Of a DNA stretch of 64,000 bases, positions 15,391-28,590 are shown piece after piece. The notes under the pieces were generated by a model. The model was not told the DNA's origin and ran no database searches. It saw nothing but the letters and a program-made list of their open reading frames with translations. Each line of letters opens with the position of its first letter. Within the stretch, counting starts at the first letter, position 1. The stretch lies in NCBI RefSeq assembly GCF_009914755.1, contig NC_060927.1, one strand, 5' to 3'. This DNA is from the human T2T-CHM13v2.0 reference genome, Homo sapiens. A program made the translations under genes and the position numbers.

Positions 15391-16024
15391 TCCATGTTAT
15401 TACTTCTATTTCTTTGAGGAAAGTCATTGGCATTTTGGTAGAGATTGCATTCAATCAGTAGATTGCTTTGGGTAGCATGGACATTTAAAAATATTAATTC
15501 TTGCATTCCATGAATATAGAATATGTTTACATTGTTTTGCATCCTCTTCAATTGCTTTCATCAGTGTTTTACAGTTTTCATCATAGAGATGTTTCACTTC
15601 TTTGGTTAAGTTAATTTCTAGGGATTTAATTTTATTTGTGGCTATTACATGTGGGATTATTTTTACCTCTTTTTCATATTGTACTCTGTTGGCATATAGA
15701 AATGCTACTGATTTTTGTATGTTGATTTTGTGTCCTGCAACTTTATTGACTTTATTTACCAGTTCTAATAGTTTTTGGTGGAGTCTTTAGGTTTTTCCAA
15801 TATATAGTCATATCATCTGCAAATAAAAATAATGAAACTTCTTCTTTTACAATTTAGATGTTAAAGAACATTTCTCTTGCCTAATTGCTCTAGTTAGGAC
15901 TTCCAGTACTATGTTGAATAATAGTGGTGAAAAAGTGGGCATCCTTTTCATGTTCCAGTCTTAAAATAATGACTCTAAGTTTTTCCCCATTCAGGGTAAT
16001 ACTAGCTGTGTGTCTGTCATATAC

Positions 16025-16325
16025 TTTTTTCTTTCTTCTTTTTTTTTTTTTCTCACTCTGTTGCCCAGGCTGGAATGCAGTGGCGCGACCTTGGATCACT
16101 ACAACCTCCACCTCCTGGGTTGAAGTGATTCTCTTGCCTCTTGTAATCCCAAGTAACTGGGATTACAGGCATGCACCACCACACCTGGCTAATTTTTTAT
16201 ATTTTTAGTAGAGATGAGGTTTCACCATGTTGGCCAGGCTGATCTCAAACTCCTGACCTCAAGTGATCTGCTTGTCTTGGCATCCCAAAGTGCTGGGATT
16301 ACAGACGTGAGCCACCATGCCCAGC
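16025..16325 (-). mobile_element. AluS in L1
   Basis: Antisense dimeric Alu. Confidence 0.9.
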
Positions 16326-17291
16326 ACAACTTTTATTATGTTGAGATATGTTCCTTCTCTACCTAGTTTTTAAAGGGTTTTAATCATGAACAGATGTTAA
16401 ATTTTATCAAGTGGTTTTTCAGCATCAATTGAAGTGATCATATGGTTTTTGTCCTTCATTCTGTTGCTATGACATATCACATTAATTGATTTGCATGTGT
16501 TGAACCATCCTTGCATCCCAAGGATAAGCTCACTTGGTCATGATGAATGATGTCTTTAATGTATTGTTGAATTTGGTTTGCTAGTATTTCATTGAGGATT
16601 TTTGCATTAATATTTATCAGAGACACCAGCCTTTAGATTTTTTTTTGATGTGTCTTTGTTCTTTGTATCAGGGTAACACTTGCCTCGTAGAATGAGTTTG
16701 GAAGTATTCCCTCCTCCTCTATTTTTTGTAATAGTTTGAGTAGCATTGGTATTAGTTCACCTTTAAATGTTTGGTAGAATTCAGCAATGAAGCCATCAGG
16801 TCCCAAGCTTTTCTTTGCTGGAAGACTTTTTATTATGGCTTCAATCTTGTTACTTGTTACTGTTCAGGCTTTGGATTTCTTCATGGTTCAATCTTGGTAG
16901 GTTGTTATGTGTCTAGGAATTTACCCATTTCTTCTAAATTTTCCAATTTATTAGCATATGGTTGATGATACTAGCCACTAATGATCCTTTGAATTTCTGT
17001 AGTATCAGTTGCAATGTTTCTATTTTCATCTCTGATTTTATTTATTTGGGTCTTTTCCTTTTTTTTCTTTGTTAGTCTGGCTAATGGTTTGTCAGTTTTG
17101 TTCATCTTTTCAAAAGACTAACTTTTTGTTTCATTGACATTTTTATTGTTTTCTTCATTTCAAACTTATTTCTGCTCTGATCTTTATTACTTCTTTTTTC
17201 CTACTAATTTTGAGTTTGATGTGCTATTGCTTTTCTAATTTTTTTAAAGATGTATCATTAGGATATTTATTTGAAGTCTTTCTTCTCCTTC

Positions 17292-17580
17292 TTTTTTTTT
17301 TTTCCACAGAGTTTTGCTCTGTCACCTAGGCTGGAGTGCAGCCTAGCTCACTGCAACATCTGCCTCCCAGGCTCATGCAATTCTTCTGCCTCAGCCTCCC
17401 AAATAGCTGGGATTGTAGGCACCTGCCACGACGCCCAGCTAACTTTTGTCTCTTTAGTAGAGACAGGGTTTCGCCATGTTGTCCAGGCTGGTCTCAAACT
17501 CCTGACCTAACCTCAAGTGATCTGCCCACCCTGGCCTCCCAAAGTGCCGGGATCACTCATGTGAGCTGCCGCACCCAACC
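17292..17580 (-). mobile_element. AluS in L1
   Basis: Antisense dimeric Alu. Confidence 0.9.
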
Positions 17581-17740
17581 CTCTTTCTTCTTTCTGATGT
17601 AGGTACTTAGAGCTTAAACTTCCCTCTTAGTAGTTATAGCTATAAACTTCCCTCTTTCAATGTATCTGATATGTTTTGGTATGTTGTGTTTCCATTAGCA
17701 TTTGTTTCAAGAAATTTTTCAATTTCTTTCTTAATTTCTT

Positions 17741-18062
<322 letters not shown>

Positions 18063-18740
18063 TTCTCCTTCTTAATTTCTTCATTGACCCACTGGTCATT
18101 CAGGAGCATATTGTTGAATTTCCACGTATCTGTATAGTTTTCAAAATTCCTCGTTATTAATTTCTAGTTTTATTCCATTGTGGTCAGAGAAGATGCTTGA
18201 TATTATTTCATTTTTGGGGAACGTTTAAGACTTCTTTTGTGACCTAACATATGGTCTGTCCCTGAGACTACTCCATGTGTTGAGTAGAAGAATGTGTAAT
18301 CTGCAGCCATTGGATGAAATGTTCTGTAAATATCTATTAGGTCCACTTGGTCTACAGTGCAGATTAAATTTGATGTTTGTTGATTTTCTGTCTAGGAGGT
18401 CTGTCCAATGCTGAAAATGGAGTGTTTAAGTCCCCAGCTATTTTGTATTGAGGTCTATCTCTCTCTTTAGCTCTAATAAAATTAGCTTTATATATCTGGG
18501 TGCTCCAGTGTTAGGTACATACATATTTATAATTGTTATATCCTCTTGCTGAATTGACCTCTTTATCATTATATGATGACCTTCTTTGTCTCTTCTTATA
18601 GTTTTTGTCAAGAAAACTATTTTGTCTGATATAAGCATAGCTACTCCTGCTCTTTTTTGGCTTCCATTGGCTTGGAATATCTTTTTCCATCCTTTTATTT
18701 TCAGCCTATGTGTATCTTAATAGGTGAAGTGTGTTTCTTT

Positions 18741-19080
<340 letters not shown>

Positions 19081-22000
19081 TGATAGATCACTGGGTCTTG
19101 TTTTTTAATCTATTCAGCCACTCTGTGTCTTTTGGTTGGACAGTTTAGTCCATTTGCACTTAATGTTATTATTGATAAGTAGAGACTTTCTCTTACTATT
19201 TTGTTATGTGTTTTCTAGTTGTTTTGTGGTCTTCTCTTCCTTCTTTCCTTCCTTCTGTCTTCCTCTTAGTGAAGGTGATTTTCTCTGGTGGTATGATTTA
19301 ATTTCTTGCTTCTTATAGTTTTCGTGTCTATTGTACGTTTTTCAAGATGAGGCTTGCAAATACTATCTTATAACCCATTATTTTAAACTTAAGACAACTT
19401 AAAACTGATTGCATAAACAAAAACACATTAAAAAAAAGAAAATAGAAACTCTACACTTTAACTTTGTCCCCCTGCTTTTTAACGTCTTGTTTCTCTTTGT
19501 TTCATTGTACTATGTCTTGAAAAGTTGTCGTTATCATTTTTGATTGGTTCACCATTTAGACTTTCTACTTGAGTACTCTACATGCCACAATTACAGTTTG
19601 TTTTTGCAATCAGTTATAATATTCTCTGATTTTCTATGTGCTTACTATTACCAGCGAGTTTGTACATATATATGTATTTTAATTTTTATATTAGATTTGG
19701 GGGTACACGTGAAGGTTTGTTACATAGATAAACACGTCATGAGGGTTTGTTGTAAATATTCATATAGATGATTTCTTATTGCTCATTAACATCTTTGTCT
19801 TTCAGGTTGAAGAACTCTGTTTAACATTTATTTTAGGACAAATCTAGCATTGATGAAATCCCTCAGCTTTTGTTTGTCTGGGAAGGTCTTTGTTCTTCAT
19901 GCTTGAAGGATATTTTCACCAGATATACTATTCTACAATAAATTTTATTTTTTTCCTTTAGCACTTTAAATATGTCACACCACTCTCTCGGCCTGTAAGA
20001 TTGCCACTGAAAAGTCTGCTGCCAGACATTTGGGAGCTCCATTTTATTTTATTTGTTTCCTTTCTCTTGCTGCTTTTAGGATCCTTTCTTTACCCTTGAC
20101 TTTTGGGAGTCTGATATATTAAATACCTTGGGGGTAGTCTTTGGGTTAAATCTGCTTGGTGTTCTACAGTCTTTTAGTACTTGAGTGTTGATATCTTTCT
20201 CCAGGCTTAGGAAGTTTTCTGGTATCATCCCTTTGAATAAACTTTCCATCCCCATCTTTTTCTCTACGTCCTCTTTAAAGCCAATAATTTAAGAGTTATT
20301 GCCCTTTTAAGGCTATTTTCTAGATCTTATAGCCATGCTTCATTCTTTTTTATCCTTATTTCTTTTGTCTTCTCTGACCATGTATTTTCAAATAGCCTTT
20401 CTACATGTTCACTATTTATTTTTTCTGCTTGATCAATTCTGCTATTAAGAGACTCTGATGCATTCTTTAGTATTCCAGTTGCATTTTTCAACTCTAGAAG
20501 TTTTGCTTCTTTTTAACTATTTCAATTTGTTTGTTAAATTTATCTGATAAAATTCTGAATTTCTTTTCTGTTATCTTGAATTTCTTTGAGTTTTCTAAAA
20601 AGAGCTATTTTGAATTCTCTTTCTGAAAGGTCACATATCTCTGTTTCTCCTGGATTGATCCCTGGTGTCTTATTTAGTTCATTTAGTGAGGTCATGTTTT
20701 CCTGGATGGTCTTGATGTTTATTGGTGTCTAAGCATTGAAATGTTAGGTATTTATTGTAGTCTTCACAGTCTGGACTTGTTTGTGCCCATCCTCCTTGGG
20801 AAGGTTTTTCAGGTATTTGAAAGAACTAGGGTATTGTGGTCTAAGCCATAGCTGCGTGAGGGGGCACCTCAAGCCTAGTAAGGTTGTGGTTCTTGTAGAC
20901 TTGTAGAGGTACTGCCTTGGTGGTCTTGGATAAAACCCTGAAGAATTCTCTGTATTATGAGGCAGAGACTCTTGTTCTTTACCCTTACTTTTTCCCAAAC
21001 AAATGAAGTCTCTCTGTGCTGAGCTGCCTAGGGCTGCAGGTAGAGTGACATACTACCCCCCTGGCCCTCACTACTGGGACTGTGCTGGGTCAGACCTGAA
21101 GCCAGCACAGCACTAGGTCTTGCCCATGGCTTTCTGTAACCACTACCTGGGTACCACCCATGTTCACTCAAGTCCCTAGGGCTCTACCATTAGCAGGTGG
21201 TGAAGCCAGCCAGGTTGGTGTCTTTCCCTTCAGGGCAGTGAGTTCCCCACAGCCCCGGGTGGGTCCAGAGATGGTGTATGGGAGCTAGGGACTGCAGTCA
21301 AAAATCCTTGTATGTCTACCTGACGTTTTATTCTACTGTAGCTAAGCTGGCACTTAAACCACAATACAAAGTCCTTCCTGCTCTTCCCTCCCCTTTCCAC
21401 AGGCAGAGGAGCCTCTCCCTGTGGCAACCACTATCACTGGGCCATGGGTGGTTTTCTACACCACCATTGGTATTCACTTAAAGTTCAAAGGATCTTCAGT
21501 CAGCTTGTGGTGAATGCTGCCAGGCTTGGACATACCCTTCAGGGCACTGGGCTTCCCTCTGGCCCAGGGAAGGTCATGAAATGCCATCCAAGAGGTTAGG
21601 CCTGGGATTGGGGACTTCACGAGCCCACTTGTTGGTCTAACCCACTCTGACTGAGCTGGTATCTAAAGTGCAAAACTAAGTCCTCTTTACTTTCCCCTCT
21701 GCTTTTCTCTAGCAAGAGGAGTCTCTCACCATAGCCACCACAGCTGGCAATGTTCTGGGTCTCACTTGAAGACACGTCTCAGAGTCTCACCCAAGGCCCA
21801 TGCCATGATGCACTACCTGGGTATTGCGGCTGATTATTTAGTACCCAAAGGCTCTTTATTCACAGGTGATGAATCCTGCCAGGTGTGGATCCTTCCCTTC
21901 GAGGCAGCGGTTTACCTTTTGGCCCATGGTGTGTCTAGACGTGTCATCTATGAGTTAGGGTCTAGCATGGGGGCCTCATGACTGCCCAGTGCCATATCCT

Positions 22001-22764
22001 ACTGTGACTGAGCTGGTATGCAAGATGCAAAACAAAGTCTTCTTTGCTCTCCTCTTCATACGCAGAGGAGTCACTTTTGTTGCTTCAAGCTGTGCTGCCT
22101 GGGGTTGGGGGAAGGATGGCACAAGCACTCCCTTAGATTCCCTGGCTAGTGTCTCCCCAGGTCATGTACCACCCTAGTCCAGTGGCTCTAAGCCCATCCC
22201 AGCCCAGCACTAGAAGTTGCCTAAGAACTGCAATCCCTGTGTCCTAGACAGACTTTCAAGTTTACCTAGAACCCCAGAGCACTTTGGCCTATGGTGGTGA
22301 GGCTTGCCAAAAAACTCAAGTTCTGACAATTGGGATGGTCCATTCCCCTCTGGCTAGGTCTGGTCCAAATGTTCCCTTCATGCATGAGTGCTGGCTGAGC
22401 CCAGCATGGCTTTGCTCTCCACTGTGACACGGCAGCACTGAGTTCAATAGAAAGACCACTAGCCACTGCACTCTCCCTCCCCCAAGTGCATATACTCTCT
22501 GTGTAGCAGGGCTGCTGCTAGGTTATGGGGAAGGGGTGGTGTCTGTGATTCAAGACTGTCTCTCCTACTCTCTTCAATGATTCTTTCAGTGATATGAATA
22601 TAAAACCAGGTACTCCGATTGCTCTGATTTTTGGTTCTTGTGATGGTATGCAGTTAGTTGTTAAACTTTCCAGTATGCAGATATTTGTTAAAATGTGTTG
22701 TTCCTGTCGGGGGTTATCAATGGTACAGGCTTCTATTCCGCCATCTTGCTCTGCTCTCCAAAAC

Positions 22765-23178
22765 ACTTCGAATATTAAACACTGAAATAAATGTGAGTTA
22801 TACATACATTTAAGAAAGATTAATAAAACAAATAAGGTAATTATTTACCCAATTATTCCAGTTCCGGGTTGTAGGTGGCTGGAGCCTATCCAGCGGCTCA
22901 GCACTCAAGGGAGGAATCAACCCTGGACAGGATGCCATTCTATTGCAGGGTACACATGTACACACACTCACTCACACTGGGACAATTTAGACACGCCAAT
23001 TAACCTAACATGCACAACTTTGGGATATGAGAGGAAACCAGAATACCTGGAGAAAACCCATGTAGACACAGGGAGAATGTGCAAACTCAATACAGTGGCC
23101 CTACCAGTAATTGATGTTTTTTTCTCATCATTTAATGAAATGATGTTGAACAAAATGACCTTATTCGAGGACCTAGTG
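22765..23178. mobile_element. MER6-like DNA element fragment containing the V-domain-like core
   Basis: GGACAATTTAGA..CCAATTAACCTAACATGCA...GAGGAAACCAGA..ACCTGGAGAAAACCCA...ACAGGGAGAA.GTGCAAACTC, ending TTATTCGAGGACCT. Confidence 0.72.
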
Positions 23179-23459
23179 TACAATGCTTTTTGTCAGGCAT
23201 TAATATTCATGCCATCAAAATCAAAAGCACAGGCTCAGCTAAAATTTCTCAAATGCATGGAAACAAGCACCTCAACACTGTTATCTTTTAATTTCAAATG
23301 GTTACCTGGGCTCAAAATCTGGGTGTGCAATTTTATCTGCTCTGGGCAGTGCTCAATATCGAGCATTTCTTACAACAATTAGGACTTATTCCCATTCAGA
23401 TAATGTTGTCCTAGTTAACCCCTTTGTGGTTTTTGGAGATGTAGGTTTATTCTTTAAAC

Positions 23460-23755
23460 TTTTTTTTTTTTTTTTTTTTTTTTTGAGACAGTTTCTTGCT
23501 CTGTCCCCCAGGCTGGAGTGCAGTGGCATGATTACAGCTCACTGCAGCTTTGACCTCCTGGGCTTAAGCAATCTTCCCACCCCAGCTGCCTGAGTATCAG
23601 GGACCACAGGTGTGTGCCACTGCACCCAGCTAATGCTTTTATTTTCTGTAAAGACAGGATCTCACTATGTGGTCAAGCCTGGTCTTGAACTCCTGGGCTC
23701 ACACAATTTTCCTGCCTCAGCCTCCCAAAATGTTGGGATTACAGGTGTGAGATGC
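23460..23755 (-). mobile_element. AluJ
   Basis: Antisense diverged Alu with long polyT. Confidence 0.88.
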
Positions 23756-24750
23756 ACCAGAAACCCTTAAACTTCTTAAAAATCCCTTAAGTCCTCTTGG
23801 TTTTACAGGAAAGTAGGAGCTTGGATTTTAGTTTGATCATAGGAAACAAGTAGATTGTTATTCATTCAACAAAAAATATTTATGATAAACATTTTTCAGG
23901 CTATCCATTTATTTAATAGGTCTTTATTACATATTTACTGCTGTCAAATGTTTTGGGGCCAGAGGTGAATTATGCTAGTTTGGAAACTAGGTGGAATATT
24001 ATCATTTAAATGGATACCTTTGTATCTCAAAACAAATCCTGTAGTTTATATAATTTGGAATATTGTATGTCTGTTTTCCATGGAAATGATGAAGTTCATT
24101 GGTCATGGTACTCTTGGGTCATGGGACTCACACTCACTTTGCTCTTACCTCTTTCTTATTTTCACATGCATCCCATCGACACTCATGTCTAATCCAGAAG
24201 ACTGGTAGTATATAAGATCCCAAATATTACCACTGGCTCAGAATCTGAGCCAATGAATGGAGAGACTATGTCATACTTGAAATAAACTTCTTTAACAATA
24301 AAAATTAAGAGTATAAGTTCTCTCATTTCATCTCAGTTTCATCAAATATTTCATGTTTAAAATGCTAGCAAGTGTGAAAGAGGCTATGGAATTTTGTGAG
24401 TGATAAAATATTTGTAGAGTACTTGGGGATCTGGATCTGGGTGCTATTAAAACCAACCAAACACAAGTAGCTCATATGAGTCCTTCAATTTTTATTCTTG
24501 CTTCCAACTTTTAATCTTCCAGCACTGCCAAAACATGGAACTAGGCAGATTTATAGCAATTCTGGTAGATGTTTGTTAGGAACTGATTTCGTACAACACT
24601 CTTGGCAATAAAACTATAGTTTTCTAAACTTGACATTTAGCATGTCCTTTATCTTATAAGAAGAAAAATACTTCTGTTGTTCTGTTGGAGTAGGTTAGCT
24701 TATAAAAATAAAGTGATGCATCTTTATATGTTTTTAACGTGTCCAACTTT

Positions 24751-24920
24751 GCCAGGCATGGTGGTTCATGCCTCTAATCCCAAGCACATTGGTAGGCCGA
24801 GGCAAGAGGATCTCTTGAGCCTAGGAGTTCAAGACTGCAGTGTGCTATGATGGCATCATTGCACTCCAGCCTCAGTGACAGAGACTCTGTCTCTTAAGTT
24901 AGTAAGTAAATAAATAAAAT
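24751..24920 (+). mobile_element. Monomer-length Alu (FAM/FRAM or deleted AluJ)
   Basis: GCCAGGCATGGTGG...AGGAGTTCAAGACTGCAGTG...GCACTCCAGCC. Confidence 0.75.
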
Positions 24921-25577
24921 GTTCAACTTAAAATAAAATTACAATTTCTTTTCTAGCAGCTAGGTGAAATTTCTTAACTATTAACCTCTGGTACTTTAAA
25001 CAACATTAAAACAGCCTTTAAAAGAAGACATTAATTAATTGAGGAAAGATTTTAAAATAATTTTTTCCAAGTTTTAATTTTTAAATCCCTAAAGAACCAC
25101 ATATTCTTGTACCATCCAGGTTTATAAAAATGCAGCTATCAAATTTGATATTAAAAACAAGATACCGCACACCCTTTGTGGAATAAAGCACAGTATAAAG
25201 AAAATTAGAATGTCATGACCATTCTTCTTCAATCTTTCCCATTTGTAATATTTCCCCCAAGCGGAAAAGCCTGACAAATTTCCCTTTCTTGCACGTGACC
25301 ACTTTTTGCATCAGATGCATTTAATTTTGTAGGTTAAATATTCAGGACAAAAGGAGAGTAGAAAGAATTTTTAGAGCTTTGATTTCTATGGAAGCAATAA
25401 GCTGAAACTTGGAAATAATATGTTTCATTGCCATCAATCCCATTGTAGCTAGCTAACACTCCAGGGATTTCCTTGATTCTCTCTATAATAATCTTATACT
25501 TCTATAGTGCTTATAATTTGCAACCTGTGTTCACTTACTTTATGAGATTCTTGCAAAAATCTTTTGAAAGAAGGCTA

Positions 25578-25675
25578 GTGTGTATGTATATGTGGGTGTA
25601 TGAATATACATATATATGTGTATATGTTTGTCTATACATATACATATGTGTGTGTATGACATATATATGTATATA
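25578..25675. repeat. Degenerate (TA)n/(TG)n microsatellite
   Basis: Alternating TA/TG/CA run. Confidence 0.8.
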
Positions 25676-25765
25676 GTCATCCCTCATTGTCCACAGGGGA
25701 TCGGTTCCAGAACCCCCTCAGACACCAAAATTTCCAGATGCTTAAGTTTTTTATATAAAATGACT
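25675..25765 (+). mobile_element. MER2-like (Tigger) 5' fragment
   Basis: AGTCATCCCTC....CCACAGGGGATCGGTTCCAGAACCCCC...ACCAAAATT. Confidence 0.6.
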
Positions 25766-26219
25766 AATTGGTCAATTCTTCTTGGTAAAGTTGATCTTGA
25801 TCTTACCAGTTTCTTTTTTGGCTTAGTAATAGGAACAATGATTTTCATAATTTAGGGGACCAAAAGTAAAATTTCAGTTTAAGTCATTTTAGGAATAAAC
25901 CATGGAGCTATAAATCTTTTGGAGGAGTTATAGATTCAGTGTTAATGCTAGAGTATTGCAGTATATTAATACAACAGATAGTTCTGAAAAGTTGCTTTAG
26001 AAAAATGTTTCAGCTAAAGTGACCCAATACCAAATTCTGTACAGTTACCCTCTATTTTGTAAATGCATATGTTAATATCAAAGTATTTATATTGTGTAAT
26101 TTCCTACCTTAGGTGCTTTTGTTTTTAATATAATGCTGTTTCAAGGTCGAATATGTACAGTAATAACTGTTACAAATTGATTACGAGAGATCACAATCAT
26201 TGTACAAATCACAGGCTAT

Positions 26220-26719
26220 GTCATTGTGTAGACAAAAATCACTGACCATGCATGCCAGAGGTGGATCATAAATAGTAACTCCTAAGACTAGAAATCTACT
26301 TGATATTTTTATGGGTTCATCTTTAAAAGTGACCTCGCTGAATAAAAGTTCAATATTTCTTAAAAGAAAGGTAAATCTAAAAACCGTCCAGAATTTTCGA
26401 TCCTAGTCTAGTACCACTTACTTGGGAACAAATATAGAAGCACAGGCAACCCCGTCCGTTAATTTGGCTCCGTCATTGTGCAGACAAAAATCACTGACCA
26501 TGCATGCCAGAGGTGGATCATAGTTAACTCGTTAAGACTAGAAATCTACTTGATAGTGATTTTTATGGGTTCATCTTTAAAAGTGACCTCGCTGAATAAA
26601 AGTTCAATATTTCTTAAAAGAAAGGTAAATCTAGAAAGCTGTCCAGAATTTTCAATCCTAGTCTAGTACCACTTACTTGGGAACAAATATAGAAACACAG
26701 GCAACCCCGTCCGTTAATT
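26220..26719. repeat. Tandem duplication of ~250 bp of unique sequence (26220-26464 and 26472-26719)
   Basis: Two highly similar copies from GTCATTGTG.AGACAAAAATCACTG to GGCAACCCCGTCCGTTAATT. Confidence 0.97.
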
Positions 26720-27869
26720 CTGATGTTGAACGTGTGGTTAGAGAGCACACTGCGATATGTTACAGGACCTGAGATAAAAAGCAAATTTGTAAAGTGTCTA
26801 AGTGTTGATGGAGAAAAACACATCTAGCATATACGGAAATTTTCTTTTGAGTTCTCTGTAGGATGATCACCAACTCAGTAGGTGAAGCCCTGCCCTCTAG
26901 TGGTTATGGGTGTGAGAGGACTTCTGTTCAACATTATATGTCTGGCTCACCACGGTTTATTAAAACCAATCGTTCATTAAAAAGCACTTATTAGGGGTCT
27001 GGGTAAGATGCCGAGCAAGTGAAATGTTTACGTGTGAAAAGGCATTGACACTGGACAAAGGTACAGCTGCTAAAAGAAGTGCTCGTTCATTGGCTTCGAC
27101 AGCTGTACGACTGGTTTCTAATTGCTGTTCCAGCCTCTCCCCAGTTCCATATACCACAAACGAATGAAAAAGATTAGCTCTCCCTGGAGCTCTCTGAGGC
27201 TGAACCTTGCTCTCTCATTACACATGGTAACTAAGCACACCCCTTACAGAATTTTGGGAAGTCGCCCCGCGATTACCGGCTCCCGCAAGAACCAAGCAGT
27301 CAGTGCAGGGTTTTGCAAGTGAGAGTGCGAGACTCGGGAGGCTGCTCACGGTGCTCCAGTCCCTGGCAGGAGCATGGACACCTCGCCCCTTCCTTCCGTG
27401 GGCCTCAACGTTGCCTGCTGAGATTGTGACTGCCACCCCGACGGGAGCAGCTTCCCCTACAGACTTTGTAGAGAGCGCTTAAACGCCTCGGGGACAGCGG
27501 CCATGACTGTCAGCTTGGGCCGACCCCGCGGCCGCCCCACGGGAATGCGTGGCCGACACGGGGCGTGGGCGAATCTCCGACCCTCGCGTTCAGGGGGTAC
27601 ATATAAACGGGCGGACACCGTCCCTGGGGTAAGGGAGGCGCCAGCAAGAACAAGGCGGGCCACCAACCCCGAGCGACCTCCTACCGGACGGATCCAAACC
27701 CAAACATTGTCCATTCCGGGCCGAAGTCTCGGCCTTCACTTCACTTCCGCCTTCCCAGCCCGTGAACACGAATGCGCCTGCGCGCACCTCTCTCAGCGGA
27801 AGTAATAGTGACAAAGCTGGGTTCGCGGCTGGCCCAGGAGTGCGGGGCGCGACTGGGCGGCCGGCGGCG

Positions 27870-28158
27870 GGGAGGGGCGGAGCGCAGGAGTCGGAGGCGG
27901 GAGCAGACCAGCACGGCCTCGCGGAGCCGGCCCGGCGGACCGTGACGGGTCCCCTCACCTCCTCTTCTCTCCCCTCCCCGCCCGCCCTCTCTCCCTCCCT
28001 TCCTCCCTCCCGCTCGCTTCTTCTCACGCCGGGAGCAGGCTCCCGCCTCGCACCGCTGCCCCGCGAGCAGCTCCTCTTCTCCCGAGGCGCGCGGGGCGCC
28101 CCCGCGAGCCCCGCGGCTGAGACCCCGCAGCCTGGAGGAGGGCTGTCCGGGGCTTTGG
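27870..28158 (+). other. ATP2C1: Non-coding first exon (start approximate)
   Basis: GC-rich leader ending in donor TGG|GTGGGT at 28158/28159; TSS cannot be read from sequence. Confidence 0.65.
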
Positions 28159-28410
28159 GTGGGTACCAGTATTACCTCCTGCCCCCATTTCTAGAAACTT
28201 CCAGGTTCTGAAGGAAGGGGAGGTTCGGGTATCCCCTGGATGGGGGGGCATCTCTAGGGCGCCGCCCCGCTGGCGTGAGCTGGGGACGTTGCGGGCACAC
28301 GACGGGGCGGGTGCGGGATCTTGGGGAGGGGGGCTCCCGAGATAGTGGCTGGGCGGGGAACTCCTTCCTCAGCCTCTCGTCAGCGCCGCTTCTCCTGGTT
28401 TCTCTTGCAG

Positions 28411-28560
28411 ATGCTGCTGCTAGGGGTGGTGGGAGCAGCCGTGGGACGCGTGGCCGGGAGCGGGGGTGACAGCCTGGGATTCCGGGGGCTTCTCTTCCTT
28501 GTCCTCCTCCTCTCCTCTCTATTCCCAGTGTGGCCGTGGCTGACACTAAAGACTTTGTAG
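28411..28560 (+). CDS. Candidate uORF, 49 aa, with a hydrophobic TM-like segment
   Basis: ATG at 28411 to TAG at 28558-28560: MLLLGVVGAAVGRVAGSGGDSLGFRGLLFLVLLLSSLFPVWPWLTLKTL; translation not demonstrated. Confidence 0.4.
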   Translation: MLLLGVVGAAVGRVAGSGGDSLGFRGLLFLVLLLSSLFPVWPWLTLKTL

Positions 28561-28590
28561 CCATCAACCCGAGTGCAGTTTCGATGGAAA

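Noticed and set aside
27602-27607. TATAAA as the core TATA box
   Set aside because: About 270 bp from the presumed main start and inside a candidate exon; no TSS data to support it
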